In this document: positions 41,004 through 51,242 of the stretch, piece after piece
Layout of the letters: each line of letters begins with the position of its first letter
How positions within the stretch are numbered: the first letter of the stretch is position 1
Source: an uncultured virus (IMG/VR IMGVR_UViG_3300030294_000815)
Lineage: Duplodnaviria > Heunggongvirae > Uroviricota > Caudoviricetes
Length of the DNA: 64,000 nucleotides
Virus record (IMG/VR): IMGVR_UViG_3300030294_000815
Strand: one strand, 5' to 3'
Translations under genes and position numbers: made by a program
Notes under the pieces: generated by a model
Seen by the model: only the letters and a program-made list of their open reading frames with translations
The model's database searches: none
Told to the model about the DNA's origin: nothing

Positions 41004-41036
41004 AAAGAGCGTCGGAAATATATCCGGCGCTCTTTT
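41004..41036 (+). terminator. intrinsic terminator
   Basis: AAAGAGCGTCGGA...TCCGGCGCTCTTTT. Confidence 0.7.
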
Positions 41037-41067
41037 ATTGTTTTAAATAATTATCAGGAGGTTAATT

Positions 41068-41691
41068 ATGAAACGAATTTGCTTGATCGTAGCGAGTTTA
41101 ATTGTTTTGTTGTCGTCTACGGTATGCGCCGACGTAATACAAGACGCTCGCGCAATTGCTGACAAGGTTACTTTTATTTCAGACGACCCCACTACCTTTA
41201 CACTTGACGATAAACTTATTTTGACATTCACCGCCCCCGCTGTCATGCTGCAAGATCGTAGTTTTGATCTGACTTACTACAGCTTTAAGGACTCGAATCG
41301 GTTTACCAGTGCGCCGAGTCTCAATGGTGTTTACTGTACTATTAAAAACATCACCGACAAAGTAATAATTGTAAAATGGTCACAATCCGCGTTAACCGTT
41401 GGCAGTTTTTCAGGTATACCTTTACTTGGCGGTATGCCTTATACTAATGCTGGAAATCCTTCAGCTTTACCGGATACCGTTTTACTGCCTGGACAATCGG
41501 TAGACAAAAGCGTGTACGTGTCACGTGTTGAGTTTAACGACGGCTGGTGGATTATAGGCGAACCTATACCAAAAGCTGGAGGTTTAAAGTGTACTCTAGC
41601 TCTGCAAATTGTGGACAGCGAAGGCAAAACGCAGTATGTTAGTGCACAAACGCCATTAATTGGCGTGACACAGCCGAATAAAGTGCTATAA
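41068..41691 (+). CDS. secreted hypothetical protein (moron)
   Basis: Signal peptide; AGGAG RBS. Confidence 0.7.
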   Translation: MKRICLIVASLIVLLSSTVCADVIQDARAIADKVTFISDDPTTFTLDDKLILTFTAPAVMLQDRSFDLTYYSFKDSNRFTSAPSLNGVYCTIKNITDKVIIVKWSQSALTVGSFSGIPLLGGMPYTNAGNPSALPDTVLLPGQSVDKSVYVSRVEFNDGWWIIGEPIPKAGGLKCTLALQIVDSEGKTQYVSAQTPLIGVTQPNKVL

Positions 41692-41721
41692 TGTAATTTG
41701 TAACAAAATTCTATTAAAGGT

Positions 41722-42390
41722 GTGGATACTATGAAAAAGAAAGTTTTGTTAACTACAGCAATCGTTTTCGCAATTTCAGCCAATGTATTTGCTTCACCGC
41801 AAAAACTGGACTACACTCAAGCAAGTAATGCCGCCATTGATTTAGGCGCTGTAATTTCGCCAAAAATCGAAAATAACGACTTAAACAGTTTAGGTGTCAA
41901 GTTGGACGGTAAAACCTCTTTTTACGGGGCGGTTACGTATACGGGTGAGCATCAAGACGCAATACAGTATAAGTACACTGAGAATAAAGCGGACGGGTCA
42001 GTTACATACGGTGGGGTGACTGCAAGCGCGGACGGCAACGTCAAAGCCCAAGAAGTAAATTTCATATGCAAAATAAATGAAAATCTACTTGGATTCGTGG
42101 GCTATACAAACAATAAAGTTAGTATTGGCTCCTTAAATTCGACAACAAACGGCGCACAAATCGGTGTCACTGGAATGACTAAATTAGGCAAAAACGCAAA
42201 CGGTTGGTTAACGGCTGCCTATGGTCAAAAAATAACGTCTTATGAGGCTGGTGTTGGCGTTAGTCTCAACAAAAACACGGAATTAAACCTAGTGTACAAT
42301 GATACAAAGTATCGAAACTTTGAATACTCGTCAGAAAAGTTCAATGTTGAAGCAAAAGGCGCACGCGTCGGATTAACATTCGCGCTGTAA
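41722..42390 (+). CDS. outer-membrane beta-barrel-like protein (moron)
   Basis: Signal peptide, alternating amphipathic strands, C-terminal GARVGLTFAL strand. Confidence 0.7.
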   Translation: MDTMKKKVLLTTAIVFAISANVFASPQKLDYTQASNAAIDLGAVISPKIENNDLNSLGVKLDGKTSFYGAVTYTGEHQDAIQYKYTENKADGSVTYGGVTASADGNVKAQEVNFICKINENLLGFVGYTNNKVSIGSLNSTTNGAQIGVTGMTKLGKNANGWLTAAYGQKITSYEAGVGVSLNKNTELNLVYNDTKYRNFEYSSEKFNVEAKGARVGLTFAL

Positions 42391-42658
42391 AATATTTGTA
42401 AATGTGGATGTTTGCAAGGTTTACAGCCAAATTTTAACATATTGTGAATAAACATGTTTTCAAAACTATTCTGAATTGTTCCGATTTCAAGAATACGTAT
42501 ATACTTCGAATAGTCAGATTTCGGTTTTTGTCATAAAGTTGAGACCTCTGTTTTTATAACATATTTTAGCTCAAAAATTTTTTGGGCCAACTATTTGTAA
42601 CAGGCCTGGCATGTTTTTCCGGGCGGTTTTCTACAGCCATGGAAAAATAGCGAAAAAA

Positions 42659-42697
42659 TAAACCCGCGGTACTCATTACGAGTCGCGGGTTTATTTT
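42659..42697. terminator. bidirectional terminator
   Basis: TAAACCCGCG...CGCGGGTTTATTTT between convergent operons. Confidence 0.7.
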
Positions 42698-42709
42698 GTA
42701 TGTGCTGAA

Positions 42710-43234
42710 TTATTTGTACGGGTCAATGCAACCAAGCTTTGCTAGATCGTCGCAAAGAAATTTACTAAGTGTTGTAATACTTGTTATATAGTCTATCACA
42801 GGTTTCTGCTTGATATAAGGCACATTGTCGCCAGGAAATGCTTTTGACACATCTACAGCATTTGTCAGCGAAGTACTTCGAAAATCACGCAATTGTTTGT
42901 ACATAGATTCGGTTACGGTATTTAAAGCTTTTATTAAATCAGAGTCAACGTTTTCTTTACTCAGAGGCGTATACGTTTCGACGCCGTCTTTAACATTTAA
43001 CAAAAATTGTGGCCCTTGATCGTTTGCTGCGTCTTCTAAGGCTTTCTTTATTTCCTGCACCGAGCCTCTAGCCAGCACGTCAATTGTTTCGCCTATCGAT
43101 ATTTTTGTTATGCTACAAGAATATTTTGCATCGTTTGCTTCAATAGCGAAATTAACGCTGTTAGGGTTAACTATTTTTTCTCGGTTGTCAGGTCCTTTAA
43201 ACTCTGCAAATTTCAACATGTAATGTACCTCCAT
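42710..43234 (-). CDS. hypothetical protein
   Basis: GGAGG RBS before the internal ATG. Confidence 0.6.
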   Translation of the reverse strand: MEVHYMLKFAEFKGPDNREKIVNPNSVNFAIEANDAKYSCSITKISIGETIDVLARGSVQEIKKALEDAANDQGPQFLLNVKDGVETYTPLSKENVDSDLIKALNTVTESMYKQLRDFRSTSLTNAVDVSKAFPGDNVPYIKQKPVIDYITSITTLSKFLCDDLAKLGCIDPYK

Positions 43235-43295
43235 TTTTGTATTTAAGGCATGCTTTTTCCTAGGGAAAAGGAACTCCCTTTCCGGGAAAGGAGGG

Positions 43296-43523
43296 TTACC
43301 CTCCTATGGCCACAATAAATAATACATTTGTGTTTTGTTTTTTATTATCTATAAGAATTTTGAACGGCGTCTCAGCTTCTACGGTATAGTGTGACAGGCC
43401 TATGTTTCCCGGTGCCTTAGTAACTACGGGCACACGTTCAATGTGCTCCTGGTTCTCGCTGCGTTCTTCAATGACACTGAACTCGTGTACGGCTGTATCA
43501 ATATGAAAATCTGCTCTATACAT
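43296..43523 (-). CDS. hypothetical protein
   Basis: Coupled in the leftward operon. Confidence 0.5.
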   Translation of the reverse strand: MYRADFHIDTAVHEFSVIEERSENQEHIERVPVVTKAPGNIGLSHYTVEAETPFKILIDNKKQNTNVLFIVAIGG

Positions 43524-43684
43524 TAGGTTTCGCCTCCGGTCGGTCAGCGGGAGAATTGCACGGACCTTTTATAGTTTTACACGGCTTACCTTGATTGTTG
43601 CTGAACACCTGCGCGCAATTGCCACAAGTGTAACTGGCTACGGTGTTCTCTTTTTTGTTTTTAAATAAGTCTAAGGCCTCCGCG

Positions 43685-43942
43685 TTATTTTCCATCGATT
43701 TCCGCCTCCGGTTCGTCTTTTTCCAGCATGTCAAGATCGTAGTCAACGAAATACGGTTTGCCTACGCTGAAATGCACTGTAAGTGTTCCTTCTTCTTTAC
43801 CAATTACAAGCACGCCGTCATTAAATACTGTAAAGAATTCCTCACCATCGCCGAGTATAGCGTCCTCGCCGTATTCCTTCTTAAAAGCCGCTAATGCTAA
43901 GTTCATAGCCTCACTCGTAGTTTCCATCATGTCTCTAGCCAT
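43685..43942 (-). CDS. hypothetical acidic protein
   Basis: TAATG coupling. Confidence 0.6.
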   Translation of the reverse strand: MARDMMETTSEAMNLALAAFKKEYGEDAILGDGEEFFTVFNDGVLVIGKEEGTLTVHFSVGKPYFVDYDLDMLEKDEPEAEIDGK

Positions 43943-44163
43943 TACTTATTCCACCTTCTAATTATGCATTTTCTAAGTTTAAAACGATTATAAAACTTTC
44001 GTTCGTGACCCGATAACCCGCAAAACTCGCAATTGTACAAGCCGTTACCCGTTCTTGGATTTTCGTAGTACACTTCATCATTTCCGCACTTCGGGCAAAC
44101 TAACCAATCGGATTTTAGCCTAGTGCTGATAGCAGTCTGTTTTCTTATATAGCCGTCTGCCAT
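43942..44163 (-). CDS. zinc-ribbon protein
   Basis: CPKC...CEFC. Confidence 0.6.
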   Translation of the reverse strand: MADGYIRKQTAISTRLKSDWLVCPKCGNDEVYYENPRTGNGLYNCEFCGLSGHERKFYNRFKLRKCIIRRWNK

Positions 44164-44341
44164 TATTTAGTACCGCCCTTGCTTTTAAATTTGTGGAAGC
44201 CTGTGAGATAGCTGCAAGGTTTTCGTGTTTTTGGTGCACAATAGCCGCATTTATCATATTGCTGACAACTACGGCATACCTCACCGCCATTACCCGTTTT
44301 ATTAAATATCCGCATAGCTTCTTCACTGATTATATAAGCCA

Positions 44342-44617
44342 TCAATAACCTCTCCTTATAATTTTTACTTTTAACGTTTTCCGTCCAAATTTTATGCACT
44401 CTTTTTCACTGTACATAAAAAGATCAAGAATCGGACCTTCCATTGCGCCTCCGGTATCCTCTACCGTTCTTTGGCCAACGCCTTCAATTTCGATTAAGCT
44501 GCCTTTTGGAATTACCGAAAAATCGGCAGCTACCGTTTTGCCTTCGGTCGGCGTGGTCCCGGTAGCTGTTTTATTTCCGGTTGGTGAATAAGCTGTGACA
44601 ATGAAGCTTTCTACCAC
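44342..44617 (-). CDS. 3D-domain (MltA-like lytic transglycosylase) protein
   Basis: TAYS....TATG..VAAD..IP.GS...EDTGG...DLF; start uncertain (GTG 44617). Confidence 0.75.
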   Translation of the reverse strand: MVESFIVTAYSPTGNKTATGTTPTEGKTVAADFSVIPKGSLIEIEGVGQRTVEDTGGAMEGPILDLFMYSEKECIKFGRKTLKVKIIRRGY

Positions 44618-44919
44618 GTCAACGGCATGAGCAGGGCTATTGCTATTAGACCGCCGATCAGGAAAGACCCCATAATTGCCTTGTATACCGCTCCACGGGC
44701 TTTGGTTATTGTTATACGAAGCATTGTGTTTATTACGCGAAGGTCTTTTATATCCTGACGTAAACGGGAATTGACTCTCTGCAAATGAATATTTTGCTCG
44801 GTCGCGTGTGAAAGGTCCCCTATCATCGTCAATTCGTCGAAACGGGTATTGATTGGCCGCGATTTCTTGAATCTGCAATGTCGGCAAAACTCCTGGCGTT
44901 CTTGCTGTGTCATACCCAT
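44611..44919 (-). CDS. membrane-anchored hypothetical protein
   Basis: GGAGG RBS; coiled coil then C-terminal TM. Confidence 0.6.
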   Translation of the reverse strand: MGMTQQERQEFCRHCRFKKSRPINTRFDELTMIGDLSHATEQNIHLQRVNSRLRQDIKDLRVINTMLRITITKARGAVYKAIMGSFLIGGLIAIALLMPLTW

Positions 44920-45190
44920 ACAATAAACCTCCCATTATTAGTGAAGCTATTAAAATTGTCGTGCATCGAATAAGATCACTTCCTTAGTCAGCTAACACGT
45001 TCTTTCATGAGCCGTGCAGCGTATTTTGTAGCCTGTTTTAGACCGCATACTTCGTGTTCCATCGTAAATTGGCCACTACCTACAGCATTAAATCCTTTAG
45101 TCTTCGTAATGCTGTAATAGACGTCCGTGTTCAGGTAAACGGTCTTTCCTGCTTCTCTTTTGTATTTATTGTAGTAACCCGTTACAGTTA

Positions 45191-45553
45191 TCATTTGTAG
45201 TATCCTCTCGCTTCATTTTTTGCAATGACCTTTTGACGTACTGCGTTGCGCTCTATTTCAGTTAAGCCTATGTGATATAAAATCGTTTCGCAGACCATTT
45301 GTACATCTACAAGTTCCATAGCAAAACTTGACACATTATAGTGGCAATCCTCGGATACTTCGGCGTGAACTTCTTTGACTTCTTCGTCAAGTTTTGTTAA
45401 TAAGTCTTCAATCCAATCGCCAACAAACCGAATTGCGGGCCGTAGTTTAGAAGCACGATGTTCTTTTATTTCTTCTAATAATTCAGCTACTTCTTTCCAC
45501 CTATTACGGTCGATGTGTTTAAGCCAATCGTCGAGTTCTTTATCCGTTATCAT
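45191..45553 (-). CDS. MazG-like nucleotide pyrophosphohydrolase
   Basis: K..EE..E....E..D....ET...KN..RGYY. Confidence 0.65.
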   Translation of the reverse strand: MITDKELDDWLKHIDRNRWKEVAELLEEIKEHRASKLRPAIRFVGDWIEDLLTKLDEEVKEVHAEVSEDCHYNVSSFAMELVDVQMVCETILYHIGLTEIERNAVRQKVIAKNEARGYYK

Positions 45554-45718
45554 CTAACCACTCCTCTGACCAATTAATAAGTGCTACACCCATTGTGCCA
45601 AGTGCGCTAGAAACGTTTTTAGCACCCCATATTCCGTAGTGCGTCAATCGTATTAAGATATTATCATGCACGAAACACAGAACATGCACCACGGCTACCG
45701 TTAAAGCTACTCGCCACA

Positions 45719-46708
45719 TTATTTGCACGCCTCCATCATGTTACTGACGTAATCAATAACAGTACCTACGGTTTTCAATTCGTATTCTACAGCTTTCTTA
45801 CGTGCTTTTAAGAGCTGTAGAGTCGCGCTCAGTGTCGCTGAATCCGATACATGTACAACTGGTGTCTCTACGTTAACTATGGGAATAGCTTGCATTTCTT
45901 CGACAACAGGAACCGTTTCAGATTTCCAGTCTGTTGAAGTTAGTTTTTCCAGCTTGTCAAATGTGTTATTTAGCACATTTACGGCACCTTCGGTGGCCTG
46001 GCCTATCGCGCTGCATAATTCCGAGGCGCTAACTCCTGTAAAAATAGGCGCACGTCCGTTTAAGGCCGTTTTACCATCTTCGTCTACGTCTTTAAAAGTG
46101 GCTACCGCCCCTGCTGCTACAGGCTTATTTAAACCAAAGTTTCCGTTGTCTAGTACGTCTTTAAATTCGGTTTCAACTTTTATGCTTTCCGGCGATCTTT
46201 TAGCTGCCCTGTCAGGATATTCTTCTGATTTACTACGTTTTTTAGACAGCCTGTTATCAACAACCGGAATAAGTTTTTCGCACTCGTCTAAAGCTGCTTG
46301 CATTTTTATGCCGTTCTTTTCGACAAATAGTTCGCGTAAACCCCACGTATAAATCTTATTGAACACGGATCGCGGCGCCAGGCCAAACGCTTTACATAGC
46401 ATGGGCATTGTGTAGCCTGCTTCGAGACATTTACGAAAACGCTTATTGTCGGAATGACTGTCGTGAAACGGATTTTCTAGTGTCAAGTTTTCATTGTAGA
46501 GTGCTTGTGGGTCTTCTCCAGCATCAAGAAGCTGCGCAAAAGTAAGTTCCCTACGTTCTCTCGGCTTCGCGTCATCTTTAATGCCATACATAGCGCGCTC
46601 TTCCGGCGTAGCAACATGAACTTTTACTGCATTTCTAACTTCCCTTGTAGCGGCTTCTTTTTCCGCATCAGGGATTGGCGTTAAATGGTCGCCTCGGCTA
46701 TTCATCAT
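45719..46708 (-). CDS. hypothetical protein
   Basis: Long ORF in operon. Confidence 0.65.
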   Translation of the reverse strand: MMNSRGDHLTPIPDAEKEAATREVRNAVKVHVATPEERAMYGIKDDAKPRERRELTFAQLLDAGEDPQALYNENLTLENPFHDSHSDNKRFRKCLEAGYTMPMLCKAFGLAPRSVFNKIYTWGLRELFVEKNGIKMQAALDECEKLIPVVDNRLSKKRSKSEEYPDRAAKRSPESIKVETEFKDVLDNGNFGLNKPVAAGAVATFKDVDEDGKTALNGRAPIFTGVSASELCSAIGQATEGAVNVLNNTFDKLEKLTSTDWKSETVPVVEEMQAIPIVNVETPVVHVSDSATLSATLQLLKARKKAVEYELKTVGTVIDYVSNMMEACK

Positions 46709-47516
46709 CGTTATTGCCCCTATCTACAGCCTCATACAAAGCTTTTTGTATTAACGCATAGTTTGCAACGTCTCCAAGTCTTTCGGCTACCTCGTTGCCT
46801 GACAAGCCCGTCTGCGAGAGTGCTACAAGGTGCTTATCTTGTAAAACCTGCATAACAAGGAACATAGCTTCGTCAATTCCTATAGTAATACCGTGACGCT
46901 GCATAAAAGGCTGTACAATGCGTTCAGCGGTCTTTCTGAAATTAGCAAACGCATCATTTTGTTGGCCGTAATCCGCGTTTTTGTAATCGAACAACTTTGG
47001 AATTGCTTCGCAGCTCTTTGCGATTGAGACATGAAGCTGTGAACGGGATACGCGGCTAGCATTTGATCTTTCGAGACGGTTCATTACAGCTGCAAGCTCT
47101 TTTTCGCTGACAGGGTTTTTTGCCTCTTCTGCAATATGTTTAGCAAGGGGTACTGTCGGACTCGTTTTATCGCTATCCGGTTCAGCTTTTTCATAGCAAC
47201 TATGTTCTATGCTATTCAAGCATATAACGCACACAGCAGGTGTATCTCCGTGGTTAAAACCCGGGCTATCTGAATGCTTACATGTTACGCAACTCCAGTC
47301 ACTATCTCTTAATGATTCTTTCTTTACCCAGCCCATAGCGTTAGCCGTACTACGACAATTATTGCAAACAGAACCCGTGGTGCTTGCTCCATCAGCTCCT
47401 TGATAGCGGCATGTCGAGCAGTATTTTTTCTCTTCCAAGTTTTTGTCAACTCCTATTCCAAGTATTTGTTTTATCTCGTTAAAGGCTTTAACCACGCTAC
47501 AATCACCCATAAGCAA
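46698..47516 (-). CDS. Cys-rich protein with a C-terminal DUF1599-like (nucleotide modification-associated) domain
   Basis: CxxC repeats; KNADYG..DAFANF...DK...D.ANYA. Confidence 0.6.
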   Translation of the reverse strand: MLMGDCSVVKAFNEIKQILGIGVDKNLEEKKYCSTCRYQGADGASTTGSVCNNCRSTANAMGWVKKESLRDSDWSCVTCKHSDSPGFNHGDTPAVCVICLNSIEHSCYEKAEPDSDKTSPTVPLAKHIAEEAKNPVSEKELAAVMNRLERSNASRVSRSQLHVSIAKSCEAIPKLFDYKNADYGQQNDAFANFRKTAERIVQPFMQRHGITIGIDEAMFLVMQVLQDKHLVALSQTGLSGNEVAERLGDVANYALIQKALYEAVDRGNNDDE

Positions 47517-47805
47517 TACTCGCGTGATCTAGTAGCCAACACGCTAACTGTACGGCAATATAAAGACTAATACCCCATGACACACCGTTGACAATAGTTT
47601 TAATCAGCGGCTTTTTCGCTACTTTTAGTATTACGCGCAATTCGTCCATTGCTGTAGCATCAGGACTTTTCCAACAACTACCGTATTCGTCACACCTATT
47701 GCAAGGGTATTCAAAACCTTCGCGATCATTATAACGGCAACCGGGACACTTTCTTTCTATGGTTCCCGGTCTAGGCGGTCTGTCCGGTCGTAATTTTACT
47801 GTCAT
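47503..47805 (-). CDS. Cys-rich membrane-anchored hypothetical protein
   Basis: CPGC..PCNRC plus C-terminal TM. Confidence 0.55.
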   Translation of the reverse strand: MTVKLRPDRPPRPGTIERKCPGCRYNDREGFEYPCNRCDEYGSCWKSPDATAMDELRVILKVAKKPLIKTIVNGVSWGISLYIAVQLACWLLDHASIAYG

Positions 47806-50230
47806 TTTCTCTCTGCTCCTTCCATTTTTCGAATGATACTTTACTTCCCCAGCCTTCCGAACTAAAATCAGCTTCAGCTATAATCGGTACAGGGAAATCG
47901 GGTAACGGCGGCCGTTCCATGAGGGCTTTTACTGTTGTAGCGAAACGCTCTACAAATTCAACGTCATCGTCTAACAGTAAAATCATTTCGTCGTGTATCT
48001 GTGCGCAAAGTTCGGCTCGCTGCTGAAATTCAGGCGTTTTTGCAATTAGTTCATATACTTCGTTCTGCGCTCGTTTCATAATGTCAGCCGCACTTCCTTG
48101 AATCGGTGTGTTTGATGCACGTCTTTCGTCGCCTGCCTTAGCCTTGCGATCATAGCTATTGATGTTGGGAAGCATACGAATGTAACCGTAGATCGTCTGT
48201 ACGTAGCCTTGACCGCGAGCCTTAAGCGCAATTTTTTCTTGAAATTCCGGGATACGTGGAAATGTCGTCGTTACAGCTTTTATTAACTTGGCACATTCCG
48301 GCAAAGACTCGCGGATACCGAATTTCTTTTTAAGGTTTAAACGTAAAGCATATTCTGTGCCGCCGTAACTGATTAAGAAGTTAGGGGCTTTTGCTCTGTA
48401 CCTTTCGGCTTTGGTGACGTCTTCACGTTTCTTGCCTGTAATAGTAGCAGCCGTAGATCGATGCACGTCGCCATCGCCGGTAGTGAATACTTCGGTCATA
48501 TGCTCGTCACCCGAAGCCCACGCCATGAGCCGTAACTCGAATCCCGAAAAATCGATCAGGAACATGCATTTTCCTTTTGGCGTTTTGAAAAAGCTTCTAA
48601 TGCCGAATTGGTCGTTATCAGCCCGCGGAACGTTCTGTCCGTTCGGGTGAAACGAGTTCAGCCTCCCGGTTTCCGTCCACTGTGAATAGCTTGCGTGAAT
48701 TCTGCCTGTGATCGGGTTTACGAATTTCTGTCTGCCTACGATGTGACTTGAAAGCAATGTCGTGCATGTTTGAACTTTTTGAATCAGATCAAGAAGCAGT
48801 AAAGCGTCTTCCTTGTGCTCTAATTCAGGGCGCTCTGCTATTTCCTGCGTGAGAAGGTAACCTTCCATGTCCTTCTCCTCATTAAGGCTGTAGAGTTTTT
48901 TCTCGATCATAAATTTCATATCAATCAAAGCTTCAGCGTCAAGTGAAGGCTTTCCGGTTTTTTCTGATGTGGACGCAATAGGAACCTTTAAATAGTTGAA
49001 CAATAAATCTTGTACGGAAGCCGTTTTACCTGTCTTGCCCGGTTCAATTTTTAGACCGTACTTCGCACCAAGTTCAACCATTTGACGAATTGCGTCATCA
49101 CGTAACTTTACAGCTTCTTTGGCTTTCGAGTTTGCTATGTTGTTATCCCACGGCATACCGTAATATTCCATCATGCCAATAACACGCGTAAACGGCATTT
49201 CAATTGTGTGCAGCCATTCGTCGTACTTCGGTATTTGCGCTGCAATTTGCTTCCAGTAAAGGTAATGCTGCACCGCGTAGTCCGAATCTTCCGCGCTGTA
49301 GGAAAGTGCGTCGGGGTCATCCGCTGAAACTTCGTCGAAAAACTGAACGCCTTTTTCTTTCAACACTTCATCAAAGTGCGACATTTTTACGCCGAACGTT
49401 TCTCCTGTCATAGGCTTAAGCCCTTTGCCCTTTATAGGCATTTTAGGGTCTTGTATGCGTTCCGGTGCAGCAACTTGCAAACAACGAACCCACATGATAA
49501 GCGGGTCAGCTACAGGCATGCTAATATAAGCACCTTGTGATAAAGAGGTTTTTGTTTCAAACGACAAGTTTACAGCTATTTTCATGATCTTCGGATTACT
49601 GAAGAAGTGCTCTTTTAAAATTCCAAATACCGTGTTTCGTATTTTGTCAACCCCGCCTGTAAACGCGGGGTCACTTTGTCCGAACTGGTTTCGCCCTTGA
49701 TTACCGATAAAAATAACGCGGGCTTCGTTTGGCGTTGCCGATAACGATAACGTGCATATCGAATTTTTATGCGGGTCAAGCGGCGCTTTTAAAAAGTCAT
49801 CAGCCACAAAGTCGTCTAACACTTTCTCGCTTGCCTTTAACATACTTTGGGTTTCTTTTAAAACTTTCTGTGCTTCTTTTAAGCTGTGTTTATCGCCTAA
49901 GTTCGTTGCCACGGCTACAGCCTCAATCGCTGCATCTACTTCATTTTTACAAGCGTCTATGTCATACATAAACTCGTCCATTTTCGCCTGACACATTGTC
50001 CTATATTCATCGCTGATCGTTGTTTCGTAGTCAAAGCCGCAAAGCCCGGTTTCCTCGCAGCGTTTCAGGTAAGCAATTAACTCTTCTGAATTACGTATTG
50101 CTTTATAGTCTTTTACTTCCTGTGCTGGAACTTCGGGCCAATCAACATGGATACCGAAAGACGACTTCTTTTTCTTCGGCTTGATCTTGCTTGCGAGTGA
50201 ACTGCCGCCAAATAAACTACCTATGCCCAC
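47771..50230 (-). CDS. DNA polymerase family A with 3'-5' exonuclease
   Basis: FDYET (ExoI), TGRL, DFSGFELR (A), RYRAKAPNF..SYG (B) and QIHDE (C). Confidence 0.95.
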   Translation of the reverse strand: MGIGSLFGGSSLASKIKPKKKKSSFGIHVDWPEVPAQEVKDYKAIRNSEELIAYLKRCEETGLCGFDYETTISDEYRTMCQAKMDEFMYDIDACKNEVDAAIEAVAVATNLGDKHSLKEAQKVLKETQSMLKASEKVLDDFVADDFLKAPLDPHKNSICTLSLSATPNEARVIFIGNQGRNQFGQSDPAFTGGVDKIRNTVFGILKEHFFSNPKIMKIAVNLSFETKTSLSQGAYISMPVADPLIMWVRCLQVAAPERIQDPKMPIKGKGLKPMTGETFGVKMSHFDEVLKEKGVQFFDEVSADDPDALSYSAEDSDYAVQHYLYWKQIAAQIPKYDEWLHTIEMPFTRVIGMMEYYGMPWDNNIANSKAKEAVKLRDDAIRQMVELGAKYGLKIEPGKTGKTASVQDLLFNYLKVPIASTSEKTGKPSLDAEALIDMKFMIEKKLYSLNEEKDMEGYLLTQEIAERPELEHKEDALLLLDLIQKVQTCTTLLSSHIVGRQKFVNPITGRIHASYSQWTETGRLNSFHPNGQNVPRADNDQFGIRSFFKTPKGKCMFLIDFSGFELRLMAWASGDEHMTEVFTTGDGDVHRSTAATITGKKREDVTKAERYRAKAPNFLISYGGTEYALRLNLKKKFGIRESLPECAKLIKAVTTTFPRIPEFQEKIALKARGQGYVQTIYGYIRMLPNINSYDRKAKAGDERRASNTPIQGSAADIMKRAQNEVYELIAKTPEFQQRAELCAQIHDEMILLLDDDVEFVERFATTVKALMERPPLPDFPVPIIAEADFSSEGWGSKVSFEKWKEQRENDSKITTGQTA

Positions 50231-50245
50231 GCTATCGCTTCCTTT

Positions 50246-50548
50246 CTACAGCTTAATTCGTACAATGTCGTAAAAGTCGACGTCTGCCCTGACGGCAACA
50301 GACTCTTCGGCAACGGTGTAAGCATCTTCTAATGTCCAATAAATTCGCGCGTTACGAGCACAAGTTACAGTTTCTGGAACACATTTAACATAGTCATTAA
50401 AACAGTTAGTTTCCTGTTTTTCAGTTCCCTTGTAATAGCCCTGTACCGCATGCAAGGGTCTCATGTCAGGTCTTCCGTTTATCCTGATAACGAAGCCGTA
50501 CTCGTCGTCTTCGTCCACAAATTTTATATCACTCATAAACTTCTTCAA
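50246..50548 (-). CDS. hypothetical protein
   Basis: In operon. Confidence 0.55.
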   Translation of the reverse strand: MKKFMSDIKFVDEDDEYGFVIRINGRPDMRPLHAVQGYYKGTEKQETNCFNDYVKCVPETVTCARNARIYWTLEDAYTVAEESVAVRADVDFYDIVRIKL

Positions 50549-50723
50549 CTCCTCTCAGTGGCGGGATAACCCACGCTGTATGTCCACATTCAGGACAGCT
50601 TACCTCTGATGCTGTGAAAAACAACTGCGCATTAAACATGTGCGGTTCCCATATGACACGGGCGCCGCATATGCAAATGTGGCCTATAATAAGGCCATCT
50701 TTGCGTTTAATCAGTTCCACTGT

Positions 50724-51242
50724 TTAAAATCTCCATTTCAAAGCCTCCTGCGCTAAATAACTTGTGGCGTTAAGCACGCCAATAACCGCTAAAAGATACA
50801 ATACGCTAAAGGCTATAGCCCGAAACACTTGATACACAGTATTGCTTACAGGTAATCCGCGTTGCTTTCTATTACCTTCATATATGCAATAGGCCATTGT
50901 GTTAAGTGCGCCAAATAGTAGAGCGTAGTTAAACAGTCGGTCAGCGTAATAATTAAAACTTGCTGTATCGATCGAAAATGAAAATGTGACACCGTGAAAC
51001 CAAAGTTGCAGCATAGCCGCGTTGAAAAGTACACAACATTCAATAAACCCTACAGCGTATATGCACGCTTTAACCCACCGTTTTTTAAAAGTGTTGGATA
51101 CCGTTTTCCCGTGATTTAACCCCGTCATTATGACGGTATGTGCCACCATGACTAGCACGACTGCAATTAAAACGTAGATGCTCAATTCCACTAATACGCT
51201 GCTGTCATACACTAGTGTCAATAAATTAATATCAAGATTCAC
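50724..51242 (-). CDS. multi-pass membrane protein
   Basis: About four hydrophobic segments. Confidence 0.65.
   Translation of the reverse strand: MNLDINLLTLVYDSSVLVELSIYVLIAVVLVMVAHTVIMTGLNHGKTVSNTFKKRWVKACIYAVGFIECCVLFNAAMLQLWFHGVTFSFSIDTASFNYYADRLFNYALLFGALNTMAYCIYEGNRKQRGLPVSNTVYQVFRAIAFSVLYLLAVIGVLNATSYLAQEALKWRF

Noticed and set aside
42631..42650. Third copy of the origin-like element (CTACAGCCATGGAAAAA)
   Set aside because: Only a short CCATGG-AAAAA-like block matches; the other blocks and the AT tract are absent
49780..50020. Intein in PolA after the ExoI motif
   Set aside because: The insertion looks like a helical coiled coil without intein splice-junction motifs
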